Source: Candidatus Fokinia solitaria
GTDB lineage: Bacteria; Pseudomonadota; Alphaproteobacteria; Rickettsiales; Midichloriaceae
Assembly (NCBI RefSeq): GCF_003072485.1
Contig: NZ_CP025989.1
Coordinates: 300,001 to 332,000, forward strand
Direction: 5' to 3'
DNA: 32,000 nucleotides
Below the pieces are notes generated by a model. That model did not search any database. It worked only from the letters and a program-made list of their open reading frames with translations, and was not told the DNA's origin. Below, piece by piece: positions 1-9,026 of the stretch. Numbering within the stretch: the first letter of the stretch is position 1; each line of letters opens with the position of its first letter. Both the position numbers and the translations under genes were made by a program.

Positions 1-1224
1 CTTGCTGCAGAGATAATACGTATGTTCGATGAGTGGAAAAGAAAGAAAAACACTTTGCAAGATCTTAATACACAAAAGAATGAAATAGCCTCTCAGATTG
101 CCATTATTAAGAGAACTAGTGCAGATTATAAGAAAGAGGAAATGCTTACAAAAAGTGCTGAAAGTATTAGAGCTTTGATAGTAGAAGCTTCGGCAGCAGT
201 AACGGAAGAAGAGAGTAAATTTAAGGCGTTTCTTTCAAAGATTCCTAACATATTAGATAGTAGAGTGCCGGAGGGAAACGGAGAGGATGATAATGTTGTG
301 ATTAGGGAAGTAGGAGAGAAAAGGCATTTTTCTTTTAAGCCTATTCAGCATTTTGAGATAGGTGAAAATCTACATAGTATGAATTTTGAAAAAGCTGCAG
401 AGATTTCAGGCTCTAGATTTGTTCATCTTTATGGTGATTTAGCTGTTCTTGAGAGAGCATTGGCTAATTTTATGTTAGATCATCATAGAAAAAATAGCTT
501 TTTAGAAATATCAGTACCAGTGCTTGTGAAAGAAGAGGCTATGTTTAATGCGGGCCAGCTGCCGAAATTTGATAATGAGTCTTTTAAATGTGATTCTTCG
601 TATAGGCTGATACCTACAGCTGAAGTACCGTTGGTAAATTTACTATCGAATTGCAATGTAGATATAACATCTTTGCCGAAACGCTTTATGAGTCATACTC
701 AATGCTTTCGTTCAGAAGCAGGCAGTGCAGGAAAAGATACTAGAGGTATGATTAGAGTGCATCAGTTTTCGAAGGTAGAATTAGTTACCGTAACTACTGA
801 AGATACGAGTGAATTTGAACATCAATATATGCTTAATAGCATAGAGACGTTGATGCAATCTTTAGGCTTTCACTATAGAGTAGTTTTGTTATGTAGTGGC
901 GATATAGGCTTCACTTCAGCGCTGACATACGATATAGAAGTATGGCTTCCAGGGCAGCAAAAGTATAGAGAGATATCAAGCTGTTCTAATTGCATGGATT
1001 TTCAAGCAAGAAGGATGCTTGGAAGATACTTCGTCAAAGACAATAATCAGAAGAAAGTTTACACATTCTTGCATACTTTAAATGGTTCTGGTGTAGCTGT
1101 AGGGAGGGCTTTGGTAGCTGTACTTGAGAATTATCAAAATGAAGATGGCACAGTAGATGTACCGGAAGTGCTTATACCTTATTGCAATGGACTGAAAAAG
1201 ATTGTTCCAAATAAAATTTTCTAA
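1..1224 (+). CDS. serS: Seryl-tRNA synthetase; the 5' end runs off the window (codons 1-21 are open in the same frame, so the Met at 22 is probably internal)
   Basis: N-terminal coiled-coil arm. Class II motifs: IPTAEVPL, FRSEAGSAGKDTRGMIRVHQFSKVE (motif 2), LNGSGVAVGRALVAVLENYQ (motif 3). Confidence 0.93.
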   Translation, partial: LAAEIIRMFDEWKRKKNTLQDLNTQKNEIASQIAIIKRTSADYKKEEMLTKSAESIRALIVEASAAVTEEESKFKAFLSKIPNILDSRVPEGNGEDDNVVIREVGEKRHFSFKPIQHFEIGENLHSMNFEKAAEISGSRFVHLYGDLAVLERALANFMLDHHRKNSFLEISVPVLVKEEAMFNAGQLPKFDNESFKCDSSYRLIPTAEVPLVNLLSNCNVDITSLPKRFMSHTQCFRSEAGSAGKDTRGMIRVHQFSKVELVTVTTEDTSEFEHQYMLNSIETLMQSLGFHYRVVLLCSGDIGFTSALTYDIEVWLPGQQKYREISSCSNCMDFQARRMLGRYFVKDNNQKKVYTFLHTLNGSGVAVGRALVAVLENYQNEDGTVDVPEVLIPYCNGLKKIVPNKIF

Positions 1225-1374
1225 AAAAATACTCCCGCATTAGAGATATATGGCATAAATTTTGCATATCGATGCGATGTTGCTGCAAAATGCGAGGATA
1301 TTGTAGTTGTATCTTGCTATTATGCGCGTGATAAATATTGCACTAAATTCATTATGAATTTCTAACTTCTTAGG

Positions 1375-1980
1375 ATGGATAATAGTTGTATAGACTATAG
1401 ATTACCGACTACATTAGTAACTAAAACGACTAAATGCGTCGAGTATATTAATGCTACACATCAGATGTTAAGAAGTGATATCAATGATACAACGTTTGTA
1501 CACTCCAGAATGCGATACATCATAACGCCATTTTTAATAAATCGCGAAAGTGTCGAGCAGTTGTTATCTTTCTTCCGAGTATGTAAAGGTAGTTTATATG
1601 CATTTCGATTTAAAGATATTTCTGACTATAAAGTAGAGAGAGAAGTAATGACATGCTCTGATGAGAAGAGAAAAGAATACTATGCTAAGAAACGGTATCA
1701 CGTCAATCGCACTTATTTTGAATTCAGACATATTAAAAAGATTGTACATGGTACGGTAGATGTGTTTATGAATCACGAGAAAGTAGATCCGAAAATGTAT
1801 GAAGTAAATCACGATAATGGAATGATCTACTTTTATGATTCAGTAATGGATAATGTATCGATTACTTGCTCGTTTGAATTTGATGTCTTAGTAAGATTTG
1901 CACAAGATTCTTTGCATATAGAGATGCATAATCCTACGAAATTTCATTGTGATAATATTGAATTAATTGAAGTAAAATGA
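1375..1980 (+). CDS. GTA/phage tail protein, DUF2460 (TIGR02217) family, homologue of RcGTA g12 (distal tail protein)
   Basis: Matches family blocks recalled from Rhodobacter g12: FRFKDISDYK, SFEFDVLVRF..DSL, C-terminal IELIEV. The stop overlaps the next start (ATGA at 1977-1980). Confidence 0.78.
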   Translation: MDNSCIDYRLPTTLVTKTTKCVEYINATHQMLRSDINDTTFVHSRMRYIITPFLINRESVEQLLSFFRVCKGSLYAFRFKDISDYKVEREVMTCSDEKRKEYYAKKRYHVNRTYFEFRHIKKIVHGTVDVFMNHEKVDPKMYEVNHDNGMIYFYDSVMDNVSITCSFEFDVLVRFAQDSLHIEMHNPTKFHCDNIELIEVK

Positions 1981-2840
1981 AATATATTGCCAACTTAAAT
2001 ACGTTATGCTTCAAGATAGTTTTACGTAATGAAGCAGTACTAGGCTTTACAAATTGCGATCAAGATATTGAGATTGACGATATTGTATATCAGAAAAATA
2101 GCGTAAGAAATATAAGCAAAATTGTAAAAACTTCAGATTTAGCAGATGAAGAAGTGAGTTTAGATATAAAATTACCACACCATTTACTGGATGTACTAGA
2201 TGTAATGGATGAGGTATATGATGGAAGTACATGTTCTTTATTTTCCATACAGTTAGAAAGCACTAGTATAAAGTATAAAGTTAATAAAATATTATACTGT
2301 GGTACAGTACAGAATATAACGCTAAGTGAAGAATGGAGTACTGTAGAGATAGCAAGTCTCAAAGAATTTCTCAGAAAAGCATCTACAGATGCGTATTCTA
2401 CAACATGTAGAGCGAGTTTTTGTGATAGTTTATGCGGAAAGGATAAAGATCTTTATACGGTAAAAGATATTCGTGTTGAAGGTATTGAGCGTAATAATAG
2501 AATACGTTGCACTAGTATAAGGAGGCGATTCGATGCTCTTTGCGAAGAAAACGCCAAAATTGATAGTATTCAATACCGCATATTATTACATTACGGAAAT
2601 ATTACATTCCGTCGTATGATACTGTCAAAAGAGATGCGCTTCACAGTGCAAATAATAGCTTTTCGAGAACCAACAGAAGGGTTATGTACTATAGAATTAG
2701 CACAGAGGATACCATCTTTTATTACACAATCTGATACTTTTGATTTAATGGTCGGTTGTAATAAAATAATACATATGTGCCAAACGATATATCAGAATAG
2801 GCTAAATTTTAGAGGAGAACCTCAACTGCCAAATTACTAA
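1977..2840 (+). CDS. GTA/phage tail protein, DUF2163 plus BR0599 C-terminal domain (TIGR02218), homologue of RcGTA g13 (hub protein)
   Basis: N-terminal LGFTNCDQDIEIDDIVYQ (family: LGFTDHDrDl.fdG..Y). C-terminal GCNKIIHMCQTIYQNRLNFRGEPQLP (family: GCDK....C...F.N..NFRGFP.iPG). Confidence 0.78.
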   Translation: MKYIANLNTLCFKIVLRNEAVLGFTNCDQDIEIDDIVYQKNSVRNISKIVKTSDLADEEVSLDIKLPHHLLDVLDVMDEVYDGSTCSLFSIQLESTSIKYKVNKILYCGTVQNITLSEEWSTVEIASLKEFLRKASTDAYSTTCRASFCDSLCGKDKDLYTVKDIRVEGIERNNRIRCTSIRRRFDALCEENAKIDSIQYRILLHYGNITFRRMILSKEMRFTVQIIAFREPTEGLCTIELAQRIPSFITQSDTFDLMVGCNKIIHMCQTIYQNRLNFRGEPQLPNY

Positions 2841-2847
2841 CTAGTGC

Positions 2848-2889
2848 AATGCACATCACCATGAGAATGGAGATGTGCATTTTCTTTTC
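2848..2889 (+). terminator. Rho-independent terminator after the g13-like gene
   Basis: Perfect 10-bp stem AATGCACATC (2848-2857) / GATGTGCATT (2872-2881) with a 14-nt loop, followed by TTCTTTTC. It sits between convergent genes, so the hairpin may also act on pal transcripts, but the minus strand has no U-tract. Confidence 0.65.
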
Positions 2890-2900
2890 AGAGATGAGAT

Positions 2901-3374
2901 TTACTTGTTGTTTACTACACCTCTTCTATTTTGTGCTCTGCCTTCAGGTGTGCTGTTATCAGCAACAGGTACAGAATTACCATAGCTTACTATAGTCAGT
3001 CTTTCGGAAGAAATACCTCCTTTTGAAGTGAGATATTGTTTTATACTATTAGCACGTCTTTCACCGAGACCGATGTTGTACTTCTCTGTGCCAATTGAAT
3101 CGGTATGACCTTCTATTACTACAGAAGCTTTAGGATACTTCTTCAAGAGGTCAGATACTTGATCAAGTTTTTGTTTATCTGCAGCGTCTAAGCTATATTT
3201 GTCGAAATCGAAATATACGATATTCGCATGAGATTTTAACAGTGCTTGAGCGAGTTCTCCATCAGAAGATGTGAGAGCCGCAGCATCTTCTAAAGTTGGA
3301 ACTTCCGTTTTACATCCTGCACAAGCGGTGAGCGATAAAGCTGCAACGCCGAAAATAAATAGTTTCTTTAACAT
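2901..3374 (-). CDS. pal: Peptidoglycan-associated lipoprotein (OmpA C-terminal domain)
   Basis: Lipoprotein signal peptide with lipobox LTAC. OmpA_C motifs VVIEGHTDSIGTEKYNIGLGERRANSIKQYL and NRRGVV. Confidence 0.9.
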   Translation of the reverse strand: MLKKLFIFGVAALSLTACAGCKTEVPTLEDAAALTSSDGELAQALLKSHANIVYFDFDKYSLDAADKQKLDQVSDLLKKYPKASVVIEGHTDSIGTEKYNIGLGERRANSIKQYLTSKGGISSERLTIVSYGNSVPVADNSTPEGRAQNRRGVVNNK

Positions 3375-3402
3375 GATAAGATAAAAGTTATTAAAAAGTT
3401 AA

Positions 3403-3678
3403 TTATTCATTAATTATGTCTTGGAGAGCTTTTCCAGGAGCAAATTTTACGCGATGCATTGAAGGAATCTCCATTGCTTCGCCAGTTCTAGGATTGTTCA
3501 CCATACGACTTTTGGAAAATTTTACGAAGAATGAACCAAATCCAAGCATTTTTACTTCTTCTTTCCGTTTTAAAGCATCCTTCCATATATCCAATAACGA
3601 ATCCAAGAATGCGCTAGCTTGTACTTTCGTTATGTTGTTAGCAGAGGCTAATTCTGCAATAAGATCAGTCTTATTCAC
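3403..3678 (-). CDS. HU/IHF-family nucleoid-associated DNA-binding protein
   Basis: 91 aa. MNKTDLI..., GFGSFFVKFSKSRMVNNPRTGEAMEIPSMHRVKFAPGKALQD matches the HU beta-arm signature. Lies 28 nt upstream of pal on the same strand. Confidence 0.9.
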   Translation of the reverse strand: MNKTDLIAELASANNITKVQASAFLDSLLDIWKDALKRKEEVKMLGFGSFFVKFSKSRMVNNPRTGEAMEIPSMHRVKFAPGKALQDIINE

Positions 3679-3815
3679 TATACGTATCTTACAAAAATTT
3701 TACATAGACAAGAGGTGAAGCAAAGCTTATTCTCGTCATACAACTATATGTTAAAATATATTTAAAGACAAAACAATAGGTAAATAGGGATATTCAGTAG
3801 AAAGAGTAAAAGATT

Positions 3816-3845
3816 TTGACGAATATCAGCATTACAGCTTAAATA
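3816..3845 (+). promoter_or_regulatory. Candidate sigma70-type promoter for ntrY
   Basis: TTGACG (3816-3821), 18-nt spacer, TAAATA (3840-3845), about 84 nt upstream of the ATG. Pattern match only, in very AT-rich DNA. Confidence 0.3.
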
Positions 3846-3928
3846 TATAGTTATAATAAAATGTTTAATGATAACTTATCTTAAATTTCTTCAATAAAGT
3901 AAATGCTAACACAATCAGTATTGTCCAT

Positions 3929-5902
3929 ATGCTATCTATAGCTTCATATGTAAAGAATCAATCGTTGAGATTCAAGATTTTATTGATGGTAATAGGTGGT
4001 GTTTTGACGACGATAGTACTTTCTAGTGTTTTAGGTAGTGCATATTACTATCTCGGAGTAGAGAAATATTTTGAAACTCAAATCAAGAATAGCATACGTA
4101 GAACAACGGAAGTATCGCAACTCTATTTGAATGAGCATGTCAAAACAATAAAAGTTGATGCTTTAATGGCTTCTGTAGAGATTGAGAAGTATTTTACGAA
4201 GCTGACGATAGATCGAGAATATGGCACTAAAGTGTTGGATTTTATAGCGAATATGCAGAATCTATCGGATATTATGATATTTAATGCGGAGCAGACGATA
4301 TTACAAACTTCTTGGAGTATTTTTACTATCTTTTTAGATCCAGCATTGTTGCGAGAAGCTTTACCAACGGTGGATAAAGGAGAGATATTTGTATATAAGA
4401 GCAAAGTCGAGAATAAAGTTCATGCAATTGTCAAATTACATACTCAATATGATTTTTTACCACTGTACGTCATTATAAGCAGATATATAGATCCAGAGAT
4501 TGTGAAGCATTTAGACGATACGAAGCTATCTACAGCAGTGTATGAGGAATCTATCGCGCATATGAGAAGTATAAGGATGAGAGTTCTATTTACATTCATC
4601 ATAGGATCATTGCTGATATTATTTATCACTTTTTTTGTGGCAAGTAAGTTATCCTATCTCATCATAGATCCGCTATCTTCGTTAATAAAAGCGACTAGAT
4701 CAATAAAGAAAGGAGATTATAATTTTATTCTGCCAAAAGTGAAATATGGTGGAGAATTATATGCTTTATCAAAAGCTTTTAGCAGTATGTCGGAGAAAAT
4801 AGCGGCACAGCATAAAATACTTATTGATGTGAATAATGCTTTAGAAGCTAGGAAAAAATTTACGGAAACTATAATTGCAGAGATGTTATCTGGTATTATA
4901 GTACTCAATGATGAGAACGAGGTGCTAGTATGTAACAATGCTGCGCGTACTATTTTATGTATAGTAGATCTTGCTAAGTCGTGTAGTGATATATTTCCTG
5001 AAATATCTGAATTACTTTTAGCTGTACGTACTAGAGAAAAATCAGATAAAGAGCGTATGGACTCTCATTATATCAATATTATAAGAAATGGCGATACTAA
5101 AAATTTATTGGTGAAGCTATGCTATATCCGTGAAAATGAAAAATTGGAGAACATTATCATAGCTTTAGAAGATATTACGGAAGTGAATTTAGTGAATAAA
5201 TTGAAGGCTTGGAGTGAAGTTGCTAAAAGAGTTGCACATGAAATAAAAAATCCTCTTACTCCTATACAACTTGCAATAGAGCATATTGAAGCAACTTTGA
5301 TTGATAAACTACCTGAAGAAGAGCAGCGTACCCTTAAAAAATATGTCAATATTATATCGTCTAAGATTGAAGATATTAAGAAAATGCTTATGCAATTTCT
5401 CAGCGCAAGAGTATCGAAAGCCAAATTAATACCATGTAATATTTACGATATATGTAATGAAGTAATGATCTTAGAGCAGAAAGCGAATGCGGATGTGATA
5501 TACGAATTACGAACTACTGATACGCAAATAAATGTGGATTGTGATAGAAATCAGATCCATCAAGTGATGATGAATCTCTTGCAAAATGCTGCAAATGCTA
5601 TGTCTAGTGCGGAGAGTGGTAGAGTGCAAAAGCGTATTCATATTTCGATTACTCATGAGTACGAATATGCTGTAATATCGGTAGAAGATAATGGAAATGG
5701 TATTTTATTTGATGAGATTGGTAATCCAGCGGCAAAGAGTAAAAAAGGATTTGGACTTGGATTATCAATAGTTAGATCGATAATAGTAGAACATAATGGA
5801 GTATTTAATATTGCAAATAATAGTAATGGTTATGGTACTATAGCAATTTTTAAGCTACTCTGTAGTAAAGCTGATGCACTTGGTGCGTATGATAATCAGT
5901 AA
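3929..5902 (+). CDS. ntrY: Sensor histidine kinase, NtrY-like (TM segments, HAMP, PAS, HisKA, HATPase)
   Basis: N-terminal and mid TM segments. H-box VAHEIKNPLTPIQLAIEHI (typical NtrY), N-box NLLQNAANAM, G1 VEDNGNGI, G2 GFGLGLSIV. Confidence 0.85.
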   Translation: MLSIASYVKNQSLRFKILLMVIGGVLTTIVLSSVLGSAYYYLGVEKYFETQIKNSIRRTTEVSQLYLNEHVKTIKVDALMASVEIEKYFTKLTIDREYGTKVLDFIANMQNLSDIMIFNAEQTILQTSWSIFTIFLDPALLREALPTVDKGEIFVYKSKVENKVHAIVKLHTQYDFLPLYVIISRYIDPEIVKHLDDTKLSTAVYEESIAHMRSIRMRVLFTFIIGSLLILFITFFVASKLSYLIIDPLSSLIKATRSIKKGDYNFILPKVKYGGELYALSKAFSSMSEKIAAQHKILIDVNNALEARKKFTETIIAEMLSGIIVLNDENEVLVCNNAARTILCIVDLAKSCSDIFPEISELLLAVRTREKSDKERMDSHYINIIRNGDTKNLLVKLCYIRENEKLENIIIALEDITEVNLVNKLKAWSEVAKRVAHEIKNPLTPIQLAIEHIEATLIDKLPEEEQRTLKKYVNIISSKIEDIKKMLMQFLSARVSKAKLIPCNIYDICNEVMILEQKANADVIYELRTTDTQINVDCDRNQIHQVMMNLLQNAANAMSSAESGRVQKRIHISITHEYEYAVISVEDNGNGILFDEIGNPAAKSKKGFGLGLSIVRSIIVEHNGVFNIANNSNGYGTIAIFKLLCSKADALGAYDNQ

Positions 5903-5904
5903 AT

Positions 5905-6882
5905 ATGAAGCGAGAAATAGTAATATCCATAATACTGCATTGCATATGTATCATGGCGGTGAGTTTCTTTTCTTTACTAAGTATTAATGAAGAAAAGCGA
6001 ATACAAAGTACTACGATGAAAATGAGCATTGCGCAGGTAATGGCAAAGCAGGAAGAGCCAAATAGTACTCCAATAGAGTTTGATAAAGTATATCAAAGCG
6101 TCGAAGAGCGCACCTTCAGTCAAAGTGTTGAAGAGCATACCTTTAGTAAGGTACAGGAACACATAGAAAATACGAAACCTCAAGAACCAGAAGTTATCGA
6201 TGAAGTGAAGCAATTACCTGAGGAAAAAATAGTCAAGAAACGTGATGTAGATGCGGTAAAAAAGAGTGAGAAATCACAGAAAAAAGCAGAAAGTAAAAAG
6301 CCGTTAAAGAAAGAGCAGAAAAATGATCAAAACGTATCTAAGAAAAAGAAAACGGAAGACACAAAGAAAAGTATGAAGAAGGAAAGCATAAAGAAAGGCC
6401 AAAAGAAGGAAGATGCTAAGAAAAATATAAAGAAGGAGGATATTAAGAAAAGTGCGGCTAAAGGAAAGAGCGATGACAAGAAAGATGGTAGTAAAAAGGA
6501 TACAAAAAATATCAAGAAAAATAACAGTAACGGAATAAATAATACGAGTGAGGAGCGTGGTTTTGCCAAAGAAGGAGTATCAGATGAAGAGAAAAAAGCC
6601 ATTATAGATCAGATTAGTGAGTATTATTACTTAGATTATCATCACGCTACCGATGTAATGTATGTTAAAATCCGCTTCAAAGTCTCTAAAAGTGGCAATA
6701 TATACGATATTAAAGTAATGGAACGTAAAGGAGTTGAGAATAACGCATATAAGAAATTTGTCACTAATGCTATTTTAACGCTTGAGAATGCATCTCCATT
6801 GCTGAAATTGCCTGCAGTTACTAAGTATGATGAGTGGAAGGAAATAGTAATTGAATTCGACTCTTCAGGTAAGATTGGCTAG
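5905..6882 (+). CDS. TolA/TonB-like envelope protein: N-terminal TM anchor, Lys/Glu-rich linker, TolA/TonB-type C-terminal domain
   Basis: TM helix IVISIILHCICIMAVSFFSLL. About 130 aa of K/E-rich low complexity. C-terminus MYVKIRFKVSKSGNIYDIKVMERKGVENNAYKKFVTNAIL..ASPLLKLP resembles TolA_C/TonB_C. The start is 2 nt after the ntrY stop. Confidence 0.6.
   Translation: MKREIVISIILHCICIMAVSFFSLLSINEEKRIQSTTMKMSIAQVMAKQEEPNSTPIEFDKVYQSVEERTFSQSVEEHTFSKVQEHIENTKPQEPEVIDEVKQLPEEKIVKKRDVDAVKKSEKSQKKAESKKPLKKEQKNDQNVSKKKKTEDTKKSMKKESIKKGQKKEDAKKNIKKEDIKKSAAKGKSDDKKDGSKKDTKNIKKNNSNGINNTSEERGFAKEGVSDEEKKAIIDQISEYYYLDYHHATDVMYVKIRFKVSKSGNIYDIKVMERKGVENNAYKKFVTNAILTLENASPLLKLPAVTKYDEWKEIVIEFDSSGKIG
6094..6147 (+). 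repeat. Imperfect 27-bp in-frame tandem duplication inside the TolA/TonB-like gene
   Basis: CAAAGCGTCGAAGAGCGCACCTTCAGT / CAAAGTGTTGAAGAGCATACCTTTAGT, encoding QSVEERTFS / QSVEEHTFS. Confidence 0.8.
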
Positions 6883-7031
6883 CTTACACTATCTGACGTA
6901 ACAAGTTATCATGCTTACCAATATACGGTAATTTTCTTAGCATGCGCATTATACATTAGTTAGCGTACGACGAAGATATTTCATCTTCATTTCTGCGCTT
7001 CTATTTCTACTTTATGCGACTGACCAAAACT

Positions 7032-8279
7032 CTATATAGCAGCTAGATGTAGCCAAAATGAAGCTAAAGAAGCTGTGCTTAACGTACATAATATAGCAGC
7101 TACCAGTGCTTTTAATATAAATCCTGTTACTTCATCCTTTCTGTTTGGAAGGTAGTTAGCGTATATAACGACCATCAAACTTGTACTGCCAATATTAGCG
7201 AAATTGGAACATGCATAAATGAGTGTGACTATTGTATTATGCGATATTACGTCTCGGTATAGAAGAATGTCATTAAGCGCTAAAAGTTCATTAAGCGCAA
7301 TTTTTGTACCGATAATGCCAGCAGCTGTAGAGCACTCTGATGCAGGAATGCCAAGAAGAAATGCAATAGGCATGAAGACGAAGCCTAGTATTTTCTGAAT
7401 AGTAAGACTATACCCTAAAGAGGTTGAAAGTGTATTTATGAGTTCATTTAATAAAGATATTAGCGCTACCATACCTATAATTATTGCAATGATTGCAACA
7501 CAAGTTTTAGCGCCATCTATTATACCGTCCTGTACTACATTCATGATGTTAGTGCTGTCAGTACTTCTTATATGTTGAGGTTTAAAAGTCAGATCTGCGT
7601 GATATGGTATCATCATTCTTCCAATTGTGATTACTGCAGGAGATGATATCACTATAGAAGATAGTATATGCGTGATTGCGCTTTCTACTACAGCTGAAAG
7701 CATGCTATCGTATACCGCTATGATAGCTACCGATGAAAAAGCTAAGCCTGCAACGCACATTGTAAAAAGTTCACCTCTAGACAATGAAGCAAGGTACGGC
7801 CTGTTCATCATTGCGGAGAAATTTTTATCTGTAAGCAAAGTAGCCGCTACACCCATTGATAATACCGTCGGTATCCTCATAACGCTTTTGTAAAAGATAG
7901 ATAAAAGCATCATGATCTTTTGCAATATACCTAAGTGAAGAAGAATGGAACAGAGAGTTGAGACGACGATCAAAGAAGGCAAGCCGTGTAAAGCAAGGAC
8001 GAATCCAAAGTTATTCTTTTGCGGCTCAAGCGCTAATTCTCCAAATACTGTAGCCACACCGACATTAGTAGCTCTTGTAATTACTTCAAAGCTATCACTG
8101 AGAAATTTAAAGAACGATATTATAGATGGAACTTTCATCACTAAGAATGACAATCCTATTTGCACTGCCATGCCGAGTACAATGATATTCAATTTGACTG
8201 ATTTTTTATCGGTACTAGAAAGAAATGCGCCGAGATATATCAGAATAAAGAGTATTAGCGGTAATAAAAGTTGATGCAT
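7032..8279 (-). CDS. nupC: NupC/CNT-family nucleoside transporter
   Basis: Polytopic membrane protein. Aligns by eye with E. coli NupC: SSTDKKSVKL, GYSLTIQKILGFVFMPIAFLLGIPASEC, GTKIALNELLA, CSNFANIGS. Confidence 0.87.
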   Translation of the reverse strand: MHQLLLPLILFILIYLGAFLSSTDKKSVKLNIIVLGMAVQIGLSFLVMKVPSIISFFKFLSDSFEVITRATNVGVATVFGELALEPQKNNFGFVLALHGLPSLIVVSTLCSILLHLGILQKIMMLLSIFYKSVMRIPTVLSMGVAATLLTDKNFSAMMNRPYLASLSRGELFTMCVAGLAFSSVAIIAVYDSMLSAVVESAITHILSSIVISSPAVITIGRMMIPYHADLTFKPQHIRSTDSTNIMNVVQDGIIDGAKTCVAIIAIIIGMVALISLLNELINTLSTSLGYSLTIQKILGFVFMPIAFLLGIPASECSTAAGIIGTKIALNELLALNDILLYRDVISHNTIVTLIYACSNFANIGSTSLMVVIYANYLPNRKDEVTGFILKALVAAILCTLSTASLASFWLHLAAI

Positions 8280-8281
8280 GA

Positions 8282-8950
8282 CTACGAAATGGAAGAATGT
8301 AATGCTGTTGTTTGTACATAGTTACTCTTAGAGAGAGTTAATATGCTTTTTATTTTTTCTTCTATGATATTTACTGCTACCTCATTTTTTCCTCCATGAG
8401 GGACTATGATATCCGCATACGTTTTAGATGGTTGTACATACTTCAAGAACATAGGTCTTGTACTTTCTTGGTATTGTTTTATTGTCCCCTCTGCAGTTCG
8501 TCCACGTTCCTGAATATCTCTTACTATTCTTCTTGAGAGACATATATCAAGAGGAGTATCTATGTATATGCTAATGTCCAGCATATTTCTTAACTCTTCG
8601 TCATACAATAGCAGAATGCCTTCTACTATCAGTACGGAACATGCGCAAATCAACTTAGTAGTCGTGGCACGAGTACTTCGTACGTAATCGTATGTAGGTG
8701 CTTCGATGGAAAATCCATCTCTAAGCTGCATTATGTGCTCGACGAGTAAATTATGTTCGAATGCGGCTGGATGATCATAATTTGTTCTCTTTCTTTCTTC
8801 CAACGAGAGATGATCTTGAGAACGGTAGTACATATCCTCCGATATTATACTTACGTCAGAGGAATGAAAATTTTTAATGATAGTAGAGGCGAAAAGGCTT
8901 TTTCCACTGCCTGATGCACCAGAAATTCCTATTACAACACATTTCTTCAT
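8282..8950 (-). CDS. udk: Uridine/cytidine kinase. I prefer the ATG at 8950 (MKKCVVIGISG...); the listed ORF extends to 9001.
   Basis: P-loop GISGASGSGKS. NYDHPAAFEHNLLVEHIMQLRDG, PTYDYV..TR, LIVEGILLL, DTPLDICLSRRIVRDIQERGR, ADIIVPHGGKN; collinear with E. coli Udk. The stop is 2 nt before the nupC ATG. Confidence 0.9.
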   Translation of the reverse strand: MKKCVVIGISGASGSGKSLFASTIIKNFHSSDVSIISEDMYYRSQDHLSLEERKRTNYDHPAAFEHNLLVEHIMQLRDGFSIEAPTYDYVRSTRATTTKLICACSVLIVEGILLLYDEELRNMLDISIYIDTPLDICLSRRIVRDIQERGRTAEGTIKQYQESTRPMFLKYVQPSKTYADIIVPHGGKNEVAVNIIEEKIKSILTLSKSNYVQTTALHSSIS

Positions 8951-9026
8951 AAGAGAGTAGAAGATTTTGGAGATCCTAACGAGTAGAAGGTTATATGTCA
9001 ATAGTATTACTTCTATAAAGTATAGT

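Noticed and set aside
6327-6602. Minus-strand 91-aa ORF rich in F/L/S, antisense to the Lys-rich linker
   Set aside because: It is the mirror image of the AAG/AAA/GAA-rich coding DNA (TTC/TTT/CTT codons), an artefact of low complexity.
6969-6985. Small hairpin GAAGAT-ATTTC-ATCTTC between the convergent TolA-like and nupC genes as a terminator
   Set aside because: The stem is only 6 bp and AT-rich. It lies about 90 nt from one stop codon and about 50 nt from the other, and neither strand has a clean U-tract.
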